From an uncultured candidatus Porisulfidus sp. (GTDB lineage: Bacteria; Pseudomonadota; Gammaproteobacteria; Poriferisulfidales; Poriferisulfidaceae), in the NCBI GenBank assembly GCA_965116025.1, contig OZ220480.1, positions 1,024,001-1,088,000 of the forward strand: 64,000 nucleotides of DNA. The letters run 5' to 3'. Shown here piece after piece: positions 48,420 to 58,487 of the stretch (position 1 is the first letter of the stretch; every line of letters begins with the position of its first letter). Made by a program: the position numbers and the translations under genes. Below the pieces are notes generated by a model. The model did not search any database. It saw only the letters and a list, made by a program, of their open reading frames with translations, and was not told the DNA's origin.

Positions 48420-49406
48420 ATGTCGGTATCGCCCCGAAAGACGCAAGCAGCGCGCTTGTGGAAGACCGACCGTTCAGGCGGTCGCGCGAAACTGCGCGCT
48501 GTGGATTTGTTTTGCGGGTCTGGAGGGTTGAGCGCAGGGTTTTTGGCCGCGGGAGTTGAGGTCGTCGCGGCGTATGACAACTGGGATGCCGCGCTCTCGA
48601 CCTATAGGCGAAACATCGCGGATCATGCTTTCAACCTAGACCTTTCCGATGTCGAGGACTCGGCGAAAGAAATTTCCGGATTTCATCCTGATATCATCGC
48701 AGGGGGGCCTCCATGCCAAGATTTTTCCAGCGCGGGAAAGCGAAAGGAAAAGGAAAGAGCCAACCTCACGGTAGCCTTCGGGGAAATCATCGCGAGGTGC
48801 AGGCCAAGGTTTTTTCTTATGGAGAACGTCCCGCAAGCTCGCCTGAGTGCCTCTTACAGAATGATGAGGGAGTCTCTTGAAGCCGTTGGGTACAGAATCT
48901 TTGGGGTGGTTCTGGATGCCAGCCATTGCGGCGTTCCGCAAGCGAGGAAGAGATTTTTTTCTTTTGGATCCGCTGAGGAATCGGCCACCTCCTTGTTCGC
49001 TCGCTCGGTAGAAGGCAGGTTTGATGAGAAGAGCATGACCGTAAAGGAATATTTGGGTGATGATATAGACATCGATTTCTATTACAGGCATCCAAGGAAT
49101 TATTCAAGACGTTCCGTTTTTTCCGTGAACGAGCCTTCGCCCACTATCAGAGGAGTGAACAGGCCAGTTCCACCAAATTACCGAGGAAACCACCTGGACA
49201 GCGTTTCGCCGTCAACGGTCAGGCCGCTCACATCATGGGAGCGTAGTCGGATACAGACGTTCCCGAATTCATGGGATTGGAACGCTGGCGATAGAAACGC
49301 TGAGGTTGAACTCCAAATTGGGAACGCGGTTCCGGTGAATCTCGCTTCATTCGTTGCTACAGGAATACGTGACGCGGCGGAACGAGGGGGAGCGCTCTAT
49401 GTCTGA
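48420..49406 (+). CDS. C5-cytosine DNA methyltransferase
   Basis: DLFCGSGG, GGPPCQDFS, MENV, GVPQARKR, QTFP, QIGNAVP; start uncertain (48303-48420). Confidence 0.93.
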   Translation: MSVSPRKTQAARLWKTDRSGGRAKLRAVDLFCGSGGLSAGFLAAGVEVVAAYDNWDAALSTYRRNIADHAFNLDLSDVEDSAKEISGFHPDIIAGGPPCQDFSSAGKRKEKERANLTVAFGEIIARCRPRFFLMENVPQARLSASYRMMRESLEAVGYRIFGVVLDASHCGVPQARKRFFSFGSAEESATSLFARSVEGRFDEKSMTVKEYLGDDIDIDFYYRHPRNYSRRSVFSVNEPSPTIRGVNRPVPPNYRGNHLDSVSPSTVRPLTSWERSRIQTFPNSWDWNAGDRNAEVELQIGNAVPVNLASFVATGIRDAAERGGALYV

Positions 49407-50043
49407 TCGGGGTCCCACCGTTCTTTCCGCTTTTGGAGCTGATCACGCGGCGAGTCTCACGGGATTGTCCAAATTCCGTCTAGCGCGTTGGGACAAGCTG
49501 GGGTTTTTCCAGCCTGAGCACACGCCCGCGGATGATCGTGGCAACCCTTATGCCAGGGTCTATTCCTTTTCGGATCTCGTAAGTTTGCGGACGCTGAAGA
49601 TTCTCGCCGACCGCGAGAAGGTGCCGCTGAGCGAGTTGCGAAAGGTGGCAGTCCAGTTGAAGAAGCGGTCCATGCGACCTTGGGCCGAGATCCCTCTCGC
49701 CGTCGTCAAACGAAAGGTAGTCTTCGATCTCCCCGAGGAACCGCGGAACGTAACCGATGGCCAGCGCGTTCTCAAGGAAATTCGCATCGAGCCTATCGCT
49801 CGGGATATCCAGAAAAAAATGCGCCAACTAGGCGCGCGAGACGAATCCCAAATAGGAAAGACGAACAGGAGAAAATTCGTGCGTCATAATCAGGAAGTGA
49901 TCGCGGGAACCCGGATCCCGACGTTCGCCATCAAGAGCCTGATTCGGGCAGGGTATACGGACCGGGCGATCATCAAGGAATATCCTCTGATCACGGCACG
50001 CGACATCAAGACGATTCGAAGACATATGGATGCCGCCGCGTAG
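49399..50043 (+). CDS. MerR-like HTH + DUF433 protein (VapB45-like antitoxin)
   Basis: N-terminal AASLTGLSKFRLARWD...RVYSFSDLVSLR; C-terminal VIAGTRIP...IIKEYPLIT. Confidence 0.78.
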   Translation: MSDRGPTVLSAFGADHAASLTGLSKFRLARWDKLGFFQPEHTPADDRGNPYARVYSFSDLVSLRTLKILADREKVPLSELRKVAVQLKKRSMRPWAEIPLAVVKRKVVFDLPEEPRNVTDGQRVLKEIRIEPIARDIQKKMRQLGARDESQIGKTNRRKFVRHNQEVIAGTRIPTFAIKSLIRAGYTDRAIIKEYPLITARDIKTIRRHMDAAA

Positions 50044-50060
50044 CGCTTGGGAAGGTCCCG

Positions 50061-50441
50061 ATGAGATTCTTCGCGGACCACTGCGTGATGGAATCGGTGT
50101 GTCGCTTGCTGGAAAGGCGCGGGCATGAGGTGATTCGGCTGAAAGACAAGTTGCCGATTGATGCGCCAGATCCCGTCGTTGCCAGACTCTCCGAGGCGCA
50201 GGAGGCGATATTGCTGACCCTTGACAAAGACTTCAAGAAAATCGCTCCGCGCATACCAAAGAACGCGAAAAATCGTTTCAAGAAACTGAGTCGCGTTCAA
50301 CTCGAATGCCATCCAAATATGGAGAAGCGCGTGCTGGCCACCTTGGATCTCATCGAGTTTGAATGGGAGCAAGCGCAGAAGCGATCAGACAAACGCCTGC
50401 ACATGGTAATCCGCAAGGGCAGCATCACTACACACCGCTAA
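50061..50441 (+). CDS. DUF5615/Mut7-C-like PIN toxin (VapC45-like)
   Basis: MRFFADHCV...LERRGHEV...APDPVV...ILLTLDKDF. Confidence 0.82.
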   Translation: MRFFADHCVMESVCRLLERRGHEVIRLKDKLPIDAPDPVVARLSEAQEAILLTLDKDFKKIAPRIPKNAKNRFKKLSRVQLECHPNMEKRVLATLDLIEFEWEQAQKRSDKRLHMVIRKGSITTHR

Positions 50442-50521
50442 CCGGGAAGAACGTCAGTTGACCGCTATTACCGCATGGGATTGCTGGCCGACCGCAAAGG
50501 CGATGATCCTTTAGGGAACTA

Positions 50522-53458
50522 TTAGACGATCTGACGCCGCGCCAATTCGGCGAAGAGGCCGCTCCGAGCCATGAGTTGTTCATACTGACCGGTCTCGACG
50601 ACCCGGCCCTCTTTCATCACGAATATCTTGTCGGCATCGCGAATCGTGCTCAGTCGGTGGGCGATGACGATGCGCGTGATGTTGAGCGTTCGGAGCGATT
50701 CCTGAACGGTCAATTGAGTTCGGTTGTCAAGAGCGCTGGTCGCTTCATCGAACAGCATGATCCGCGGCTTGCGGGCCAAGGCGCGGGCGATCAGCACCCT
50801 TTGCTTTTGTCCACCGGATAGCCCGGTACCGCCCTCGGGTAGCATCGTATGCATCCCCATCGGCATAGCCCGGATATCGGCCTCAAGCCCCGCGGCCCGG
50901 GCGGCGGCCCAAGCATCTTCCATGGCTAACGAGGAAGAGCCAGAAATGTTCTCGAAGATGCTCGCGGCCACCAACTTTCCGTCCTGCATCACAACGCCCA
51001 TTAGGTTTCGGACTGTTGGCAGGTCGAGATGCAGGAGGTCATTGCCGTCAATCAGAACCGCTCCCGAATCGGGTCGCTCGAATCCGAGTAGCAACCGATA
51101 GATCGTCGACTTCCCGGAACCGGACGGTCCGACGAACGCCACATAATCGCCTTGCCGGATCTGGAAAGATACATTTTCTACCGCGTTGGGCGCATCTGGC
51201 AGATAGCGGAAGGTGACCCGCGCGAATTCAATGTGTCCTGTGAGGTCCGCCGGGACGAAACTGCTGACGCCGCTCTCGAGCGGACATTCGAGGATCGGCT
51301 GGACGCGCTCAAACAGCGGGATGGCGCTGCTGATCGTCGTCCACGCCGCGGTCAGGGCGACAACCGAGGTGGCGAACTGTCCGAACGCCGCGTTGAAGGA
51401 CAGGAAGTCCGCGAGGTCGAAGGAATCCTGCACCCCACCTTCGATAAGCGAATACCATATAAAGGCAAAAAGAACGAGCAGGGACAGGGGCATGAACATC
51501 GCGTTCACAGTGTGCTGGGCGGCCCCCCAGAATCGCGCGGTGAGAGTGGCGCGTCGCTGGGCGGAGAACTGCTCCGCCCAGAGCGCGAGCGCATAATATT
51601 CGGCGTTGGCCATCCGGAGCTTGCCCACCCCGGTGATCATTTGAAAAACGAACCCATCGATAAGTCCCTGCGTGCGAAAAGCGTCGCGGTAGTTGCGCAC
51701 TTGGCGCCGTACCAGGAACCATGATCCCGCGACGAGCGCGAGCGAGACGGCGCATGCGCAAAGGGCGAGCGTCCAACTGTAATAGAACAGCAGGGCGAGG
51801 CTAAAAACGGAGAACAGGCTGCTGGCCAGTCCATGCACGGTGGCGCCGGTCAGCAGTTGTCGGATCATGCCGACTCCATTCGCCCGGTCGGCCAGATCGC
51901 CCGCGGTGAAGCGGCGGAAGAATGATGTCGGCAACGAAACCAACCGGCTCCATATGGAGGCCTGAAGCTGTTCGTCGACCCGGCCTTCGATCCGCAATGC
52001 CGCCAAGGCCCCCACGACGTTGAACGCCGCGGCTCCCAGCGCGCCCAGTCCGAGCGCGCCGAGGGAGGCGATCCACATCGCTTGGTCCCCGCGTGGAATG
52101 ATCTCGGCCAGAAGCTCGCCCGTGATGATCGGTGTCAAAAGGGCGATCAGGCTGCCTAGGACGGCCATCGTGACCAATAGACGAAAATCTCTTCCGCACC
52201 ACCGGCGCAAGACATGCAGTAGCGCCGCCAAGCCAGTCCTGACGCGATCCGGTAGGGGAGCATACAACATAAAAGCGCGACGTTCGATTCTTTTGGCCGC
52301 CTTGCGGTCCACGGTCCGGCTCCACTCGGCCTCCGGGTCGATGGCGCGGTAAGAGCCGCGGCCTTTCGAAAGCACGGCCAGCGGCCGCTTCCCATCGGTC
52401 AAACGCCCGACAAAGGAAGGTCCGTCGCGCTTGTGCCAGTCGTCCGTAAGCGAGATCGCGCGCATCCTCATTCCGGAAAGACGGGCGAAGGAGGCGAGGA
52501 CCCTCGCGTCGGCCGACCCGTTCGCTACGTTTCTGCTTCTGGTTGAATTCGGGGTGCCGCCGATAGACTTGGCGACCAAATTCGCCGCTGAGAACAAAGG
52601 CGTGCGGTCGGCCGTTGATACCGCGACTTCGTCGCCTGTCGCGGCGTTAAGGACTCCGCTGATGTTTCGAAGGATCGTCGACGTGACCGCCTTCCGGTCT
52701 TTCCGGCTCATCCGGTTACGTTCCCGGGTGCTAGTGATCTCTCTTTCGTCCACGAGCTGCGCTGATCGCAACAGGAAGAAGTTGAAGCGGTCCAGGGCCG
52801 GCCAAAGCCGGTTAGTGCCCAGGAGCGCCGGTGTGCGCACCGCCGAGATCTCAGTGTCGGCGGTGAGGCGCAACCAAGTCCACTCCGACATCGGTAGGAG
52901 CGTCTCTGCCTCGATGGCGAACTCGGGATTTCCGATGAAGTGCGTCATCCGATCCGCCGAGATCCAGATGACGTCCGAATGATACGCGCCTACCGTCGAG
53001 CCAGCGGGGTAGGGGACGTTCGGATCGGCTTCAAGCAATTCAAGGTTGCGTGGAGGAAGAAGTTGGTTCCGGGACAGAAACTCTGACAGGCTCGATATCC
53101 ACCCGTCGATGAGGATCACCGTTTCGATGCTCAACATTTCCGCATCATTGAGTCTTGATCGCTCCGCCTCCATGATGATGGCGTCTCGAGACGGGACGGC
53201 TAGAAAAGAAAAGTTGTTCTGACCGTCTTCGGCGCACGGCAGGACCGGTCCGTCAAAGGCGGCTTGGCCAGTGGTGACGCGGGTGATGAAAGGGCTACGG
53301 AGGAGTGGCAGGTCGCTATCGCTCCTGACCGCGAAGATGTCCAGATAGCCCTGCGCGACGATCACGATGCGCTTGGGATCGTTCAAGATGACCGGCCTGA
53401 ACGCCCCCGTTTCATGGGGCGGGCCGGAGATTCGCGCGATGGATTCGGGTACGGGCAC
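50522..53458 (-). CDS. NHLP-type bacteriocin export ABC transporter, permease/ATPase without peptidase
   Basis: Long N-terminal extension, TM domain, GPSGSGKS, LSGGQKQR, FDEATSALD. Confidence 0.9.
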   Translation of the reverse strand: MPVPESIARISGPPHETGAFRPVILNDPKRIVIVAQGYLDIFAVRSDSDLPLLRSPFITRVTTGQAAFDGPVLPCAEDGQNNFSFLAVPSRDAIIMEAERSRLNDAEMLSIETVILIDGWISSLSEFLSRNQLLPPRNLELLEADPNVPYPAGSTVGAYHSDVIWISADRMTHFIGNPEFAIEAETLLPMSEWTWLRLTADTEISAVRTPALLGTNRLWPALDRFNFFLLRSAQLVDEREITSTRERNRMSRKDRKAVTSTILRNISGVLNAATGDEVAVSTADRTPLFSAANLVAKSIGGTPNSTRSRNVANGSADARVLASFARLSGMRMRAISLTDDWHKRDGPSFVGRLTDGKRPLAVLSKGRGSYRAIDPEAEWSRTVDRKAAKRIERRAFMLYAPLPDRVRTGLAALLHVLRRWCGRDFRLLVTMAVLGSLIALLTPIITGELLAEIIPRGDQAMWIASLGALGLGALGAAAFNVVGALAALRIEGRVDEQLQASIWSRLVSLPTSFFRRFTAGDLADRANGVGMIRQLLTGATVHGLASSLFSVFSLALLFYYSWTLALCACAVSLALVAGSWFLVRRQVRNYRDAFRTQGLIDGFVFQMITGVGKLRMANAEYYALALWAEQFSAQRRATLTARFWGAAQHTVNAMFMPLSLLVLFAFIWYSLIEGGVQDSFDLADFLSFNAAFGQFATSVVALTAAWTTISSAIPLFERVQPILECPLESGVSSFVPADLTGHIEFARVTFRYLPDAPNAVENVSFQIRQGDYVAFVGPSGSGKSTIYRLLLGFERPDSGAVLIDGNDLLHLDLPTVRNLMGVVMQDGKLVAASIFENISGSSSLAMEDAWAAARAAGLEADIRAMPMGMHTMLPEGGTGLSGGQKQRVLIARALARKPRIMLFDEATSALDNRTQLTVQESLRTLNITRIVIAHRLSTIRDADKIFVMKEGRVVETGQYEQLMARSGLFAELARRQIV

Positions 53459-53462
53459 GTTC

Positions 53463-55655
53463 TCAGCCTGACGTAATCAGGGTACGGTAAAGACCGTCGA
53501 TCTCGATCAGTTCATCGTGACGGCCTTCCTGAACGACCCGGCCGCCGTCGAGAACGATGATCCGGTCGGCATCCCGGATCGTGCTGAGCCGATGGGCGAT
53601 GATCAGACACGTGCAACCGCGCTGGCGGAGGTTGTCGTCGATCTCCATTTCGGTAGCGGGATCAAGCGCGGCCGTGGCCTCATCGAACACGATGATTTGT
53701 GGATTGGGCGCGAGAGCGCGCGCGATTTCCAAACGCTGGCGTTGGCCACCGCTCAGGTTTCGTCCGCCTTCCTCTATGGGCGCGTCGTATTTGTCCGGTC
53801 GGGCCATGATATCGTCGAGGATCGCGGCGCCGCGCAGGGCTTGGGCGACCTGATGGTTGCTGATGGTCGAATTCCAGAGGGTGATGTTGTCTCGCACGCT
53901 TCCCTCGAACAAGACGATTTCCTGATCGACATAGGCCAGGGTCTCAGCGATGTTGGTGGGGGACAGGTCCTGCAGCCGGTCGGCATCTATGCGCACGGTT
54001 CCGGACCACGGGCTGAGCAGGCCGCAAACCAGCTTGCCGATGGTCGATTTGCCGCTACCGGAACCGCCGACCAGAGCGATTCGTTGGCCGGGATTGATCG
54101 TGAGATTGAAATTCTCGATCAGCGGCGCCTCTTGCCGGTTGTAGCCGAAGGTGACGTTTTCGAGCGTAACGAAACCCAAGCTACGCGGACGCTCGCTATT
54201 GTCGGGTTCGCTCATGCCGCGAACGACTCGCAGATCCGACTTGTAGTTCAACACGTCGTCGAGTCGCGCGATGTCGGCCTTGACCGTTTGCAGGCTGGCG
54301 CCGAACTGGATCAAGCCCTCGATCGGTTGGGAGAAGCTACGCGCGAGGCTTTGAAAGGCGACCAGTCCGCCAACGGTCAGGACGCCCTCCAGAAGACGCA
54401 GGCCGCCAACACCAAGAATCGCGACGGTAGTCAGCGCGGTGAGCAACGGCGGCACGACGTTCAGAAGGTTGGTCAATCGGCCCAGATCCTGTTGGGCGTC
54501 CACCACATTGGTATGCATGCCGGCCAGACGCGAGAACAGGTCGCCCTCCGTGCAGTTGGCTTTCAAGGTTTCGATCATGCTGAGCCCAGCGACGGACGCG
54601 CCCGCGACCTTGCCCTGTTCTTTGAGCAGGCGACGGCTGGCATTCTCCCGGGCGCGAGAAACTAATTGAAGGGCGAACAGATTGATGGCCGTCATGGCCA
54701 ATACGACGAGCGTCAAGATCGTGTCGTACGCCAGCATGACCCCCGCATAGGCGATCATGGTGAGCATATTGATAGCGTTGGTGGCCAGTTCGCCCGATAC
54801 GATCCGCGCCACATTGTCGTTCGACGCGACTCGGTTGGCAATGTCTCCCGCGAAACGCTGGGAGAAGAACGTCATTGGCAGCGTCATGACATGCCAGAAA
54901 AACTGCGAGGTCGTGACCAGGGAGAGCTTGGTTTCCATACGCGCGAGACAGTGCTGCTGGAACCAGGTGAGCAAGCCATGCAGGACGGTCACGATTCCGA
55001 GGCCGATGAGGAGCGGCATGACGAGATTCTCGCTTCTCCCGACCAGAATCTCATCCACGAACACTTTGGAAATCGTTGGGACGGCGAGCCCTGGAACCAG
55101 CAACGCGAGCGTCGCCAATATGACGAACAGCAGCGGAGAACGCGCCCGGCCCAGACGAACGAACAAGCCCCGCAACAAACTCGGTCGCGCGCCGCCCCGT
55201 TCGAAACGCGGCGTCGGTTCGAATGCGAGACAGACCCCAGTAAATCCTTCGTCGAATTCCTGCATGGATATGCGGCGTGGGCCTTCGGCTGGATCGTTGA
55301 TGTAGACAAGACCGCGCCGGATGCCCTCAAGCACGACGAAATGGTTGAAATTCCAGAAAATGATCATCGGAAAGGGAAGGTCGAACAGGCGTCCCGGGTC
55401 GCGTCGGAAGCCGCACGCGTCAAGGCCGAGTTTCCTGGCCGCCCGCAACATGTTGATCGCCTTGCTGCCGTCGCGTGACACGCCGCAGCGCACGCGCATC
55501 TCTTCCAGCGGTATCCATTTACCATGATGCGCGAGAATCATCGCTAGACAGGCGGCACCACATTCCGTCGCCTCCATCTGCAGGATGGTGGGCACGGCTC
55601 GTCTGCCGCCATGCTTTCTGGAAATGTTCGGACGCAGCTTGATAGAGTCGTTCAC
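53463..55655 (-). CDS. NHLP-type export ABC transporter with C39 peptidase
   Basis: LQMEATECGAACL, WNFNHFVV, NDPA; GGSGSGKS, LSGGQRQR, DEATAALD. Confidence 0.93.
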   Translation of the reverse strand: MNDSIKLRPNISRKHGGRRAVPTILQMEATECGAACLAMILAHHGKWIPLEEMRVRCGVSRDGSKAINMLRAARKLGLDACGFRRDPGRLFDLPFPMIIFWNFNHFVVLEGIRRGLVYINDPAEGPRRISMQEFDEGFTGVCLAFEPTPRFERGGARPSLLRGLFVRLGRARSPLLFVILATLALLVPGLAVPTISKVFVDEILVGRSENLVMPLLIGLGIVTVLHGLLTWFQQHCLARMETKLSLVTTSQFFWHVMTLPMTFFSQRFAGDIANRVASNDNVARIVSGELATNAINMLTMIAYAGVMLAYDTILTLVVLAMTAINLFALQLVSRARENASRRLLKEQGKVAGASVAGLSMIETLKANCTEGDLFSRLAGMHTNVVDAQQDLGRLTNLLNVVPPLLTALTTVAILGVGGLRLLEGVLTVGGLVAFQSLARSFSQPIEGLIQFGASLQTVKADIARLDDVLNYKSDLRVVRGMSEPDNSERPRSLGFVTLENVTFGYNRQEAPLIENFNLTINPGQRIALVGGSGSGKSTIGKLVCGLLSPWSGTVRIDADRLQDLSPTNIAETLAYVDQEIVLFEGSVRDNITLWNSTISNHQVAQALRGAAILDDIMARPDKYDAPIEEGGRNLSGGQRQRLEIARALAPNPQIIVFDEATAALDPATEMEIDDNLRQRGCTCLIIAHRLSTIRDADRIIVLDGGRVVQEGRHDELIEIDGLYRTLITSG

Positions 55656-56902
55656 TGCGCGGTTATCTTCTTCAGTAGCGGGATCACCATGGTGATCGGG
55701 CGCTGGCTTCCGACCTTGATGTCCACGTTGGCGAGCGTTCCGGAAATCAGTGCCTCACCCTCTCCCTTGGTCGTGGTCCAAGCGACGCCGCTCGTAGTCG
55801 ATGGGTCGGGCACCAGTTTCACGCGGCTGGCGTATGGCGGCCCGTTCTGGGAGAAGATCTGGGCGAGCTCCTGATTTTGCAGCACGGTGACCATGCCACT
55901 AACGCTTACCGGAAACTCGGATACGCTCTCGACCACGCCCTTGACGAAACCATGCGTCTCCGGTTGCGTGGTCGCGGGAGAGACCAACACGTCCATTCCC
56001 GGCTCGACCCGTTTTCCATCGCTCGGTGGAATGTACATCAGCACCTCGACTTCTTCGCCCGAGCCAGTCTTGATGCTGAGCACGGGCTGGCCCGCGCCGA
56101 GCACTGAGCCTAGGGCGGCCTTGATCTCGATGACGCCGCCGGAGACCGGCGCCAGGATTTGTTGGGCCTGCAACCGCGTCTGGATCTCACGAGCCCGCGA
56201 GCGCGCCTCTTGGAGGCGGGTGTCGGCACTGTTCACCTGGACGCGGTGATCGTGCAGGCGCGTTAGCTCTCGCGCCTCCAGCGTCTCGATTTGGCGGGTG
56301 GTTTCGAACAACTCCTGCTGCGCGCGGTCGAAGGCCTGCTGGCTACGCTCCAGAGTGACCCGGGTCACGACGCGCTCCTTATAGAGTTGGCGGTGGCTTT
56401 CGAGGCGTTCACGAGCGGTTCGCACCGCCTGGCGACCGGTGCGTTCAAGCTGTTCGAGACGAGCCTGTTGCTTGGCCACGTTGTTTTTGAACAGCCGGTC
56501 CTCCGCTTCGAACGCCGCCTTGAGATTGCTTAAAGTCCGTTCGCTCTCCTTAAGCAAGGCGAGCGCGCTCCGGTAGCGCTCCTCCAAATCGGGGTTCACG
56601 GTCTTGGCGACGACCTCTCCCTTCTCAACGAATTGACCGACCGTGAAGGCGATATCGGTCAACGTGCCCGTGTCGGCGGCGACCGCGTCGATCACCGTGC
56701 CGCCGGTGTTCAGCAGTATTCCGCTGGCGTTCACATAATTGGAAACGGTTCCCAATACGGACCACGTCACCAGCGCGGCCACGAGCGCTATTGACGAGCA
56801 CAGCGCCAGCCATTGCTTGGGCGAGACGACTGAAAGCGCTCGGTCGAGCTTCTCGGGTTCGGACAAATGGTCCAACGCCGCTTTTCTGAACAATTCAACC
56901 AT
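55652..56902 (-). CDS. NHLP-system HlyD-family secretion protein
   Basis: LFRKAALDHLSEPEKLD N-terminus, single TM, coiled coil, QRPITMVIP C-terminus. Confidence 0.9.
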   Translation of the reverse strand: MVELFRKAALDHLSEPEKLDRALSVVSPKQWLALCSSIALVAALVTWSVLGTVSNYVNASGILLNTGGTVIDAVAADTGTLTDIAFTVGQFVEKGEVVAKTVNPDLEERYRSALALLKESERTLSNLKAAFEAEDRLFKNNVAKQQARLEQLERTGRQAVRTARERLESHRQLYKERVVTRVTLERSQQAFDRAQQELFETTRQIETLEARELTRLHDHRVQVNSADTRLQEARSRAREIQTRLQAQQILAPVSGGVIEIKAALGSVLGAGQPVLSIKTGSGEEVEVLMYIPPSDGKRVEPGMDVLVSPATTQPETHGFVKGVVESVSEFPVSVSGMVTVLQNQELAQIFSQNGPPYASRVKLVPDPSTTSGVAWTTTKGEGEALISGTLANVDIKVGSQRPITMVIPLLKKITAQ

Positions 56903-56974
56903 ATGCGCGCACTATAACGAATCTCTTGCGAACGGTGCCGTAGCGATCAAGAGAAGCCGGGCAGACCGCCGTCC

Positions 56975-58441
56975 TTATTCCATCAGGTACAGGATCCCGG
57001 GAGCCAGTTTCCATTTCGCGTCGCGGGCCTCGCGGGCGAGGTCGGGCAGGCCCGCGACTCCGAGTTTTCGTGATGTCAGCGCGCCGACCGCGTCCAGCAA
57101 GCGGTAGGCTTCGACGATCACATCGCGCTCGGCCGAAAGCGCGTTGATCTGGCGCGTGACGACACGCCGTTCGGCATCCAGAACCTCCCGCGTCGTCCGC
57201 TCTCCGAACTCGGCTTCCCGCCTGATTCCCTCGAGCGCGGCGCGCGACGCGTCAACCGCGGTCGCGAAAGCCGCTTGGCGCTTTCGAGCGGCCTCTAGGT
57301 TCCACCAAGCGCTTTCAACCAGTTGTGACGCGTCGCGCACGGCGTTGAGCCGCTCGTTCCGGCGCTGGGCCTGAACATGCTTCGCTCGACGGATCCGCGC
57401 GCCTACCGCGCCCGCCTGATAGATTGGCAAGGTCAGTTGCAGCGACAGGCTCATTTCGTCGCTGCCCGGAAGATTCGTTTCGGCGAAGCCTGGAAAAACC
57501 GCTCCAGTTTGCCTCTTGGTCGCGGCCCTGAGATCAATGCGCGGTCCGAGCTCGGCGGCGGCCACGCGAACCGACGCTTCAGCGACGCGAGTGGCGGCTT
57601 CGGCGACGCGGACGGCGGGCCTCTGCGACCGAGCTATCTGGCGCGCTTCATCCAGGGTTCGCGGCAGGCCAGCTGGCAGGCCGGCTGGCTTGAGACCGTC
57701 GGGCACCAAGCCGATCAACTGGAGAAAGCGGACGCGTTGGACTTCCAGCTCGGTCGTCGCCGCCACCATTTCCGCGACGGCGATCTCTCGTTCCGCCTCG
57801 GCCTGAGCGACATCGGCGCCGGTCCGGTCCCCGACATCGTACTGCGCCTTGACGTCTCGCGCCTGCGCGTCGAACGCGGCGAGCGAAGCCGCCCGCAGCT
57901 CGGCAACCCGTTTCGCCCGGAGCGTGTCGAGATAGACCGTCGCGGCGCGAAGAAGAACGGCCTGTTCCCTGTTTTCCACGGAAGCGTGGCTCCGTGACAC
58001 GCCTTGAACGGCTCTTTGGAGCGCGGCGGAGTCGCGTCCGCTGCGAAACAGGTTTTGCGTGATGGAGAACGTCCAGGAGCGTGGAGAAGAATATTGGGCT
58101 CGGGCCGCGCCGGGAGGGAACGGCCAGTCGGAGGCGGTTCGCTGTCGACTGCCGCTGGCGCTGAACTGGAGCGTGGGCAACCACGCGGAGACGGCCTCCG
58201 GCACATCCTCGTGGCTCGCGCGCGCGGCTTCCCGGACCGCGTCCAGACCCGGGTTGGACATCGCGGCCTCGGCTAGCGCCTCCTCAATGGTTAGCGCTGA
58301 CGCCGGCGCCGAGGCGAGCGCGAGAGCGATGCCGGGCGCGGCGAGGCGGGAACGAGCGACGCGTGGTCGGAAGCGCGTTTTTCTTGGATGGGATTTCGCT
58401 CGGGGCGTTCCCGGTTGGTCGGATGATGGCGTCTCTCTCAC
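56975..58441 (-). CDS. TolC-family outer membrane efflux protein
   Basis: Signal-like PGIALALASAPASA, SAWLPTL, ITQNLF, LTLPIYQAG, GERTTREVLDAE; start uncertain (GTG 58441 chosen). Confidence 0.88.
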   Translation of the reverse strand: MRETPSSDQPGTPRAKSHPRKTRFRPRVARSRLAAPGIALALASAPASALTIEEALAEAAMSNPGLDAVREAARASHEDVPEAVSAWLPTLQFSASGSRQRTASDWPFPPGAARAQYSSPRSWTFSITQNLFRSGRDSAALQRAVQGVSRSHASVENREQAVLLRAATVYLDTLRAKRVAELRAASLAAFDAQARDVKAQYDVGDRTGADVAQAEAEREIAVAEMVAATTELEVQRVRFLQLIGLVPDGLKPAGLPAGLPRTLDEARQIARSQRPAVRVAEAATRVAEASVRVAAAELGPRIDLRAATKRQTGAVFPGFAETNLPGSDEMSLSLQLTLPIYQAGAVGARIRRAKHVQAQRRNERLNAVRDASQLVESAWWNLEAARKRQAAFATAVDASRAALEGIRREAEFGERTTREVLDAERRVVTRQINALSAERDVIVEAYRLLDAVGALTSRKLGVAGLPDLAREARDAKWKLAPGILYLME

Positions 58442-58487
58442 GTCGCGCGCCGCCCGGCTCGGTTCGTTTTCCCCATCTTTGACGGGA

